A stretch of DNA of 64,000 nt from a virus (lineage: Duplodnaviria; Caudoviricetes), in the IMG/VR virus record IMGVR_UViG_3300001598_000034, positions 1 through 64,000 of that record. The stretch is one strand, 5' to 3'. A program made the position numbers and the translations under genes. Position 1 is the stretch's first letter, and each line of letters opens with the position of its first letter. The notes under the pieces are model-generated. The model ran no database searches. It saw only the letters and a program-made list of their open reading frames with translations, and was not told the origin of the DNA. Shown here one piece after another: positions 56,453 to 64,000 of the stretch.

Positions 56453-57769
56453 ATGAGTAGTAGCATATCTAACTTAAAACCAGCAATACTAAAGTGTTAT
56501 AGTGATGCTTCTTGCAGTAAAGAGCTAGACAAAGATGGCGCAATATATAGAATTGTCTTAGGCACAAAAGAAGGTTTTAATGGTACAGATGGAGATCAAG
56601 TATCACAATACATCTATATTAAAAATTGTGGAGATACAAATGCTACCGATACGTATATAAAAGAAGTAGGGGACAATGCAAATTGTTTCAAAATATCAGT
56701 AAGGAACATCATTCTTGCTGACATAGTTGCAAATATAGGGACAATTGTACCAAATGAAGTTGTACCCGTAAAAATATCGTCATATATACCAAAAGAATCA
56801 GAAGCAATAGAATCGTTTCTTAACTATACTATATTATACGAATCTGTACCACCTTTTGATACAAACTATTATAAAGACACTGTTACACCAGATAAAATTC
56901 AGTTAAAGTTCTCAAAAAAGTCTTCAACAGGTAAAATAGAAGAAGAATATACTATTAAAAACATAGATAAATTATTTAATGATAGAGACTTTATTTCCAA
57001 GTTAAATATAACACCAGAAATGAGAACTCCTGTAAAAATTTATCATGGAACAACAGACGAAATATACTGGGATAATACATTAAAAAAGTATAAAGTACGC
57101 TTAAAATGTCCAAACTGCGAATCTTGGACTAATTGGGAGAATTTAAATACTTTTGATTACTCAGCAGAGATTATATGTACAAAATGTGCACATAGTATAA
57201 AAGTCGCAAATACTATAAACTTAGCAGAAGAACCAGAATATATAGATATTTTGACAAAATGTAAACTACCTATAAAGGAAGATACCTGGACAAAAAAAGA
57301 TAATTCTGACACCTACTTTATAAGAATAGAAAATGTAAAATCTGCAGTGAGTATCAATGCGTATAAAAAAGCAAACAATAAATTTGAAAAAGTTCTAGTA
57401 AATATATTAGTAAAAGATGGCTGTATAATACTAGAGTCTCTAGCGCCTTTTACAGGATATATATTACTTTTAGAAGAAGAAGCAGTAGACATAGACAACA
57501 TCAAGCCAAAATTCGGCATGGCCTATGGAAAAGGCATCTACGGACATCCTCTATATGGGCAGGAATCTTTTATACATATATCAGATTCAATAGAGATAGA
57601 CATTCCAATAAAGGGACAAGATTCAGTAATGATAGGTGCAGATTTCAAAATTCTTACTAAATATACTGGTCTGGAAGCAAATATAGAAGATATACAAAGC
57701 TATTATACCGATAGATACATGAGACTAGGATGCTATGATGGCCCAGCATTACCATTAAAGCTTAACTAA
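56453..57769 (+). CDS. Virion protein with an Ig-like N-terminus and a zinc ribbon
   Basis: IYIKNCGD..A; CPNC...CTKC. Confidence 0.5.
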   Translation: MSSSISNLKPAILKCYSDASCSKELDKDGAIYRIVLGTKEGFNGTDGDQVSQYIYIKNCGDTNATDTYIKEVGDNANCFKISVRNIILADIVANIGTIVPNEVVPVKISSYIPKESEAIESFLNYTILYESVPPFDTNYYKDTVTPDKIQLKFSKKSSTGKIEEEYTIKNIDKLFNDRDFISKLNITPEMRTPVKIYHGTTDEIYWDNTLKKYKVRLKCPNCESWTNWENLNTFDYSAEIICTKCAHSIKVANTINLAEEPEYIDILTKCKLPIKEDTWTKKDNSDTYFIRIENVKSAVSINAYKKANNKFEKVLVNILVKDGCIILESLAPFTGYILLLEEEAVDIDNIKPKFGMAYGKGIYGHPLYGQESFIHISDSIEIDIPIKGQDSVMIGADFKILTKYTGLEANIEDIQSYYTDRYMRLGCYDGPALPLKLN

Positions 57770-57780
57770 CTATAAAAATT

Positions 57781-58638
57781 ATGAAAAATAACCCATTTCT
57801 AGAGACACAAAAACAAAAAATAGATGAAAGTGTAACTATAAAAGCAAAGAGAATAACAATACGTATGTCAGAAATTACATGGGAAAACCTAGCTAAAGAC
57901 CTATGGTTTAAAGATGAAACAACAAAAGTATTTCTAGAAAAGTCAGATTCTCCCAAGAGTCATTTTAAACCCATTTGTACTATATCAAAAAATAGTTTCA
58001 ATTCTTACATAGATAATTGTGATTCTTTTTCTTTGTATAGAACAAATTTATTCTATTATAGACTAGTAAGAGATGATAAGTCGCTAGCATCTAAAGTTTT
58101 TTCCTGTGAAAAAGAACACAATTTATTTGGGTCAGAAATGGTATATAGACATAGTATTCAGTTAAAAGAAGGACACTCAGGTAGCCCAATGTACCTATTT
58201 ATAAAAAATAGAACATCCCAAAGATGCCCAGAGTGTTGGGATGATATTCGATCTGTAAGAACTAAATCAAATTGTAAAGTATGTCTAAATACTGGTTATA
58301 TTACTAGTTATTGTGATCCAATATGTATTTATATGTCTGTTTCACCAGAACAAATAACAGTACAGCAGGAACAACTTGGAACATCTGTAGAGGGAAAGAT
58401 ACAAGCATGGACTGTAGCATACCCGCGCATTAATCTAGGAGATGTCATTGTAGATCCAGCAACGCAAGATATTTGGTGTGTAAGCAATGTAAATATAACT
58501 ACGCATAAAAGAACGCCAACAAAACAAGAACTAACTTTAGATAGACATTCAGAAGATACTGCAATAAATAAGTTATTATCTTTAATTCCAGATAATATGA
58601 ATAAAGAAGACATCCGTCATGGAGAATTTTTATATTAA
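57781..58638 (+). CDS. Neck/head-closure protein
   Basis: RCP.CWD......CKVC.NTGY zinc module; P.I..GDVIV; upstream of the sheath gene. Confidence 0.6.
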   Translation: MKNNPFLETQKQKIDESVTIKAKRITIRMSEITWENLAKDLWFKDETTKVFLEKSDSPKSHFKPICTISKNSFNSYIDNCDSFSLYRTNLFYYRLVRDDKSLASKVFSCEKEHNLFGSEMVYRHSIQLKEGHSGSPMYLFIKNRTSQRCPECWDDIRSVRTKSNCKVCLNTGYITSYCDPICIYMSVSPEQITVQQEQLGTSVEGKIQAWTVAYPRINLGDVIVDPATQDIWCVSNVNITTHKRTPTKQELTLDRHSEDTAINKLLSLIPDNMNKEDIRHGEFLY

Positions 58639-58641
58639 ATT

Positions 58642-59394
58642 ATGGGAACAGTTATAATAGATAAAAGAAAAAGTAAAAGTTATTCTGGAACTAAACCAGA
58701 ATATACACCTGGAATAAAAAAATCTCCAAGCAATTTAACACCTCGTATAGTAAGTTCATTGTTTATTTTAGCATTACAACATTATTTTATTTCTCATCCA
58801 GAATATAGATGGGATCCAGACGGTAATAAAACAGAAATAGATATTCATGCGGAGTGGGAAGAAGACGATAATTTGGAAAAAGGCCTTCCAATACTAATAG
58901 TACAAAATGGTCCGATATCAATATCACCCGCAGGAATAGGCACTGGATTAGCTTCCTTGGAACCTAGAATAATAAAAAGGGGAAAAGAAACAATGGAAAA
59001 ATCAGCTATATTAGACTCTCAATTACAAGCTACAATTGAGAGTAGTATTAATATAGCCGTAACAGGAATGAGTAGTGATGATGTTAGTGAATTAGCTTTT
59101 ACTATTGGCATGTTTTTATTAACATTAAAGTATGACATTGCATCAGTACTGCAACTACAAAGTATAGGAAATATACAAATATCACCAGCACAAGTATTAA
59201 GTAAAACAGGATGGACAAATAGATATATAGCTCAAATATCTATAGGCTATACTTTTACTTTAGCAAAAATATGGGAACCATTGGATGTTGGGACTCTAAT
59301 AAAAGAAATTATAACTGATGTATCTACAAAAACATCTCGTCCAACAACCCCAACAACCTATACACACAATACATTAAAGCAAGTACGCAATTAA
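58642..59394 (+). CDS. Tail completion/terminator-like protein
   Basis: Directly before the sheath gene; LP.LIV..G motif. Confidence 0.5.
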   Translation: MGTVIIDKRKSKSYSGTKPEYTPGIKKSPSNLTPRIVSSLFILALQHYFISHPEYRWDPDGNKTEIDIHAEWEEDDNLEKGLPILIVQNGPISISPAGIGTGLASLEPRIIKRGKETMEKSAILDSQLQATIESSINIAVTGMSSDDVSELAFTIGMFLLTLKYDIASVLQLQSIGNIQISPAQVLSKTGWTNRYIAQISIGYTFTLAKIWEPLDVGTLIKEIITDVSTKTSRPTTPTTYTHNTLKQVRN

Positions 59395-59488
59395 TGCAAA
59401 AATTTTAAAATATAGGTATAATATATATTAGAGAATAGACTTAACTAATACAGATAAACAAATTATTTTAAAGCGAGGTAATCTCAAT

Positions 59489-61864
59489 ATGAGTTTTAGA
59501 CTTCCGTCAGTCATTGTATATCAACAATTACTCTCAACAACCATTTCACCTTCAACACCATTTATGGACTTGTGTGTAGTTGGTCCTGTATATCAATGTC
59601 AGACAAACGCTTCTATGGATGACTACGAAATCCATACAATTGACGAATATATAAAAAACTTTCCTGAGTTAAAAACAGGCGCCGTTATTGACGCAAAAAG
59701 CGTATATCTAAAATTAGCTAACATTAATGTAAAAGTTTGGCCAACAAATACCGCTAAACGTAATAATGTAGTTTTAGATAACTCTGGTCCAACAAGTGTA
59801 ATCTATGATGTACAAGGAGCTGTTACTACAGAGTCTTTAGACACAGCAGCTATTATTGAAGGAGACCAAGTAGATATACGTTTTACAGATACAGACGGAA
59901 AAATAAAAGTTAAAACAGCTAAAATTTATTCCATTACACAGGATGAAGTATCTGGAAAAAAGACGTATATTTTACAGAAAAATTTATTAACAGGATTGTA
60001 CCCAACAACCGCTACAGTATCAGCAACAGTAAAGCGCTCTGTTAGTGGCACAAGAGATGTATATCCAGGAGCCACTGGAACGCTTGAACCAAAAGGATTT
60101 GATCTTATTTATAACATAGATGGATCAGTAAAAGCAATGCGTATTTCAGTAGGAAATTTAGAAGTTCCCGTTGACGAAGAAGCTACAAGCACCACAACGG
60201 TAGTAGATTGTAACGTTGCTGTAACATATCGTGCTTTGCGCACAGATGTTGCAAATGATTTCATTACAATTAACTCTTATTCCGAAGCTTTAGCTCAATT
60301 CGGAAACCCAAATATTGATAACCCAATGTCTGTAGCTGCACAAGTAATAAATAGTGCAGTTGGTGTAGTAAGATATAAAGTATTACCAATAGCAACAGAT
60401 GATTTTAATGGTTATAATCAAGCTTTGGACGTATTATCTAATTCAGATGCGGTATACGCTATTCAACCATTAAGCCATGATAAACAAGTTATTTCAGCTT
60501 ATGTAACACATTGTAAAGCAATGTCCGAAGCAGAAAAGAGCAAATGGCGTATTATTTATGGAAATATGCCTATGCCAGCAACAAAAATTGTAGTAGAACT
60601 TAATAACGGAACTCTTATGACAATGGGTTCTGACACGGAATTAACTTTAGATTATAGCTTTACTACAAATGATACTGCTACAGCTACAGATACCGGATGG
60701 GTAGATGCTGGTTCAAGCAGCTTCACCCGCGAAATAACACTCACAAATAAATTCTTGTCCTTGTATAATGGCACAGAAAGAGTGCCAAAAACAGGTGGTA
60801 CGATTTCATACAGTTATAACGAAGCTACTAAAGTACTAAGTATCATTGCTCCATCTAAATTTGCAGGAAAGGTATGCATGGATAATCCCAATTTTGATTA
60901 TGCAAACGCTACTTGTTATTTGAAAGATTTAGACACTAATGTTGGCGGATTTATATCTAATATAGCGCGCCCAACAGACTACGTAGACTTATATACAGTT
61001 GCATCAAATGGAGAAACTACCTATAAGTATTCTTTACAGATAGCAAAAGTATTAACTGATTCAGCATGCATTTGCTACACTCAAAAATGGTTAAAAAAGA
61101 CTGATGGCTATTATATGATTGATGGTGAGTATCAGCATTTTATTCCTGAATATAAAGATTCTGGTGCAGTAGAAGACTTGACAGCTTGCGCTTATGAAGT
61201 GGTACGAGTACTTGACACACAAGGAATGGCAGAAGCAATTGCAGGCGTAGCAGAATCCTTTAAGACTAAAAGATTTCGTTATGTTCAACCAGATCAGATT
61301 ATAATTACTGTAAACTCTGTAGATTATCTTGTTGGTGGAGAATATCTTTGTGTAGCTTTGGGAGCTATGCGTGCAGCATTACCTCCACATCAAGGATTTA
61401 GTACTATGGGAATTAGTGGTATTAACAGAATCACTCGTTCTAATAAGATGTTCACAGAAGACCAGCTAACATATATGGCATCCAAAGGCGTTTTCTGGGT
61501 AGCACAAGATGCAGTAGATGAATTACCATACGTATTATATCAAACTACAACCGATAATGGACAATTGGAAGTACAAGAAGATAGTATTGTAGCAGTTGCA
61601 GATTATGCATCTAAATTCTACAAAGAAAACCTTAAAAATGTATTAGGTCGTTATAATGTAAATACAATTTCTATGAACTATGTAAAGACAGTTATTAACG
61701 CATGTTCAAATGAAATGACAAGTACAAGTTACGAATACATTGGGCCGATGTTAACTAGTGCTAATTTACTCTCGTTAGTAGCAGATGGTGATAAGATAAA
61801 ACCAACAATTAAAATTGGTGTACCCTACCCTGTAAATGGTGTAGATATTACCTTGCAAGTATAA
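59489..61864 (+). CDS. Contractile tail sheath protein
   Basis: N-terminal PSV.VYQ; C-terminal YQTTTD....QE.SIV..DY and VPYPVN.VDITLQV. Confidence 0.85.
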   Translation: MSFRLPSVIVYQQLLSTTISPSTPFMDLCVVGPVYQCQTNASMDDYEIHTIDEYIKNFPELKTGAVIDAKSVYLKLANINVKVWPTNTAKRNNVVLDNSGPTSVIYDVQGAVTTESLDTAAIIEGDQVDIRFTDTDGKIKVKTAKIYSITQDEVSGKKTYILQKNLLTGLYPTTATVSATVKRSVSGTRDVYPGATGTLEPKGFDLIYNIDGSVKAMRISVGNLEVPVDEEATSTTTVVDCNVAVTYRALRTDVANDFITINSYSEALAQFGNPNIDNPMSVAAQVINSAVGVVRYKVLPIATDDFNGYNQALDVLSNSDAVYAIQPLSHDKQVISAYVTHCKAMSEAEKSKWRIIYGNMPMPATKIVVELNNGTLMTMGSDTELTLDYSFTTNDTATATDTGWVDAGSSSFTREITLTNKFLSLYNGTERVPKTGGTISYSYNEATKVLSIIAPSKFAGKVCMDNPNFDYANATCYLKDLDTNVGGFISNIARPTDYVDLYTVASNGETTYKYSLQIAKVLTDSACICYTQKWLKKTDGYYMIDGEYQHFIPEYKDSGAVEDLTACAYEVVRVLDTQGMAEAIAGVAESFKTKRFRYVQPDQIIITVNSVDYLVGGEYLCVALGAMRAALPPHQGFSTMGISGINRITRSNKMFTEDQLTYMASKGVFWVAQDAVDELPYVLYQTTTDNGQLEVQEDSIVAVADYASKFYKENLKNVLGRYNVNTISMNYVKTVINACSNEMTSTSYEYIGPMLTSANLLSLVADGDKIKPTIKIGVPYPVNGVDITLQV

Positions 61865-61884
61865 TATAGGAGATATTAATTAAT

Positions 61885-62556
61885 ATGGCATATGATATTT
61901 CAGATACAAAAAAAGCCATGGGCGAGCTTCTTGTTGAAACTGATTTAAACGAGGCCATTTCTGCAGAAGGAGCGCCTCACTATAATTGGGTCGAACAATT
62001 AAGACTTGCTACAGATTTGATAACTCCAGACAACTCCTTAATTTGCGTCGCTGACCATTGGCTCAGCGACCAAGTTACAAAAGTTACTCCAATAGGTCTT
62101 ACACAATCTTTTGGCTTTACAGAATCTTTACCCGTTCAATTAGCTCCAGAAATAGGCAGCCGCAGGAAAAGGGCTATGGTTGGGTCTTCTCAGGGCGGAA
62201 GTATTCAAATCTCAAAAATGGTTGTACAAGGCAATAGTCCCTTAGCCGTATTGTCTAAATATGGGAAAACATTTGGCATCAATTCTAACTATTGGACAGA
62301 AAAAGAATGGGGAGCAGCAATAGGTTTAAACCTAGATAAATTACGCACACCACAAGGTATAATTGTTATAGAAGGAGATCCTGTTGGGCGTAAATACTTA
62401 GCAATGATGTTTGAACAATGCCTGTGTCAAGGAACATCTAGAGCATATCAAGCAGGATCCTTCTTAGTAGTTGACAACTTCAATTTAGTATATGAGCAAG
62501 TAGTTCCTCTTTGGGAAAATGAAGAGGCTAAAGACGGTCATATTACATCATATTAA
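61885..62556 (+). CDS. Tail tube protein 1
   Basis: After the sheath gene; PIGL.QSF...E...Q..PEIGS.R; FEQC. Confidence 0.75.
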   Translation: MAYDISDTKKAMGELLVETDLNEAISAEGAPHYNWVEQLRLATDLITPDNSLICVADHWLSDQVTKVTPIGLTQSFGFTESLPVQLAPEIGSRRKRAMVGSSQGGSIQISKMVVQGNSPLAVLSKYGKTFGINSNYWTEKEWGAAIGLNLDKLRTPQGIIVIEGDPVGRKYLAMMFEQCLCQGTSRAYQAGSFLVVDNFNLVYEQVVPLWENEEAKDGHITSY

Positions 62557-62578
62557 TAAAGGTAGGAGGAATATATAA

Positions 62579-63346
62579 ATGGCACAACCAACAGGGCGAA
62601 TTTTAACGCCAGAACAAATAGCAAATACCGACTACCGCAACCAATATGTAGAGCATATTACAGATGCAACAGACTTTGCTACAGCTGACTCATCTCTTGT
62701 ACTGTCAACGGTACCCTTTCTCCCTATAGGAGATTCTTTTGATGACGTCCCTTTATATCCAGTAGGAGTATGCCAAAACTTTCAGTACAATGAAGGTTTG
62801 CAAGGACAGTTTTTACCAGAAATTGGCTCAAGTAGGAAAATAGGTGCGTCTGGAACGGCAATGGGATCAGGTAGCATCCAAAAATTAGCAATACACGGAA
62901 ATTCATTAGTAGCAGCCTTATATAGGCCAGCTCTTTTATGGATAAAGAATTCACCGAGTTTATCTAGTGTATTGGATAAAATTTCGGGAGAAGATGCAAA
63001 ATGGATTTCTGGCCTCAAAACACAAGATATCAATATCTTTGATATAGAATTAGATCAATACTTTCAAAAAGTAATAGCAACTGGTGGACTTAATTCTCCC
63101 TTGTTTAAAATACCTTTCGGATTAGTAGAAGTTAGGCGTGATCCAAGACAGCGGGTAACTATGATAACCTACTTAGAACAATGTTCTATTAGAGGTGATC
63201 AATCAGGACTTAGTGCAGGTCAATTCCAAATTGCGGAATCATTAAGCTTTGATTATGAGCGCCGTAGACCAATGAAATGTCTGGGACCATTTGCTTTAAG
63301 TAGCGATGATTTAATTGGTATTACCGAAAATTCAGCTAAAAAATAA
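62579..63346 (+). CDS. Tail tube protein 2 (paralog)
   Basis: PVGV.QNF..E..Q...PEIGS.R; YLEQC.I. Confidence 0.75.
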   Translation: MAQPTGRILTPEQIANTDYRNQYVEHITDATDFATADSSLVLSTVPFLPIGDSFDDVPLYPVGVCQNFQYNEGLQGQFLPEIGSSRKIGASGTAMGSGSIQKLAIHGNSLVAALYRPALLWIKNSPSLSSVLDKISGEDAKWISGLKTQDINIFDIELDQYFQKVIATGGLNSPLFKIPFGLVEVRRDPRQRVTMITYLEQCSIRGDQSGLSAGQFQIAESLSFDYERRRPMKCLGPFALSSDDLIGITENSAKK

Positions 63347-63357
63347 TAAACGTATAA

Positions 63358-63392
63358 AATAGAAGGCTACTTGTTTAGCCTTCTATTTTTTT
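63358..63392 (+). terminator. Intrinsic terminator
   Basis: ATAGAAGGCTA-loop-TAGCCTTCTAT followed by a T run. Confidence 0.75.
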
Positions 63393-63445
63393 ATAGTAAA
63401 TATAGGTATAATATTATATATAAGAACTTATGAGGTATATTATAT

Positions 63446-64000
63446 ATGTCAGAACCTATATCATTAGGGCAAACAAATATTCAAGCTAATGAGATAACGC
63501 TAAGAAAATCTACAATTAAATATGATAGTTTACCCGCATCAAATGCAAATAACAGCATTTCGTTACCAGAATCTTCTGATACTACAGGAGTGACAAAAAA
63601 TGGTAATAAACAAAACGCAGGACAAGTAGTATCTGGAATAGTAGAAAGCGCTAATTCATTAGTTGGAGCATATGGCAATCTAACAAGTACTGTAAAGAAT
63701 TTAACAGGATTATCCCTTCCAGATGTTAACTCCGTCCCAATCATAGGAAATGTTTTATCAGGACTAAATGCTATTACGGATATAGGCTCCACATTATCAT
63801 CAGGTCAATATGGAGCAAGAGTTCAGGCAGATAGCACGAATCCTCAACCAGGGGCATTTAAATGGGTCGAACGAGAAACAGAACCAGGAGACTTCATAAG
63901 CTATGACTCCGTACTTTTATTTGTAGGCGAACCAATTTATGCTGATAATCCAAAAGGTTCAGTTTTTACCCCTTTAGGATTATGTGAACAATTTACTATA
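63446..64000 (+). CDS. Third tail tube-like paralog (partial, runs off the window edge)
   Basis: Open frame MSEPISLGQ...KWVE...DFISYDSVLL...TPLGLCEQF matches the N-termini of the other two tube proteins. Confidence 0.65.
   Translation, partial: MSEPISLGQTNIQANEITLRKSTIKYDSLPASNANNSISLPESSDTTGVTKNGNKQNAGQVVSGIVESANSLVGAYGNLTSTVKNLTGLSLPDVNSVPIIGNVLSGLNAITDIGSTLSSGQYGARVQADSTNPQPGAFKWVERETEPGDFISYDSVLLFVGEPIYADNPKGSVFTPLGLCEQFTI

Noticed and set aside
1-64000. Alternative genetic code (stop-codon reassignment)
   Set aside because: Long genes are intact in the standard code, TAG and TGA end plausible genes, and no suppressor tRNA is seen

Overview
This is an AT-rich segment of a large myovirus-type (jumbo-like) phage genome. 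The host is probably a diderm Firmicute (Negativicutes), because the phage carries an OmpM-type SLH-porin. Genes at 1-37100 lie on the minus strand: tail fibre and Ig-like genes (1-9254); many small accessory ORFs; a ~640-bp palindrome with short iterated motifs (14949-15587); a Pnkp-type RNA repair enzyme; OmpM; a GIY-YIG endonuclease; 11 tRNA genes, one split by a group I intron; a tandem pair of large structured ncRNAs; and a PRTRC-like ubiquitin module (Ubl, E2, JAB, E1). Genes at 38276-64000 lie on the plus strand: the C-terminal half of an RNA polymerase beta' subunit that begins with a split-intein fragment, head proteins rich in K-x-A motifs, an intein-containing prohead protease, major capsid, neck, sheath and three tail-tube paralogs. 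The most striking unexplained signal is a family of five intergenic elements in two clusters (18668-19354 and 37311-37993). They share a retron msr-msd-like architecture: terminal inverted repeats with an unpaired G opposite G, a conserved 7-bp ANUU hairpin, a U-rich tract and a variable long hairpin. No reverse transcriptase is visible in the window. All calls are from reading the sequence by eye; no searches or folding programs were run.
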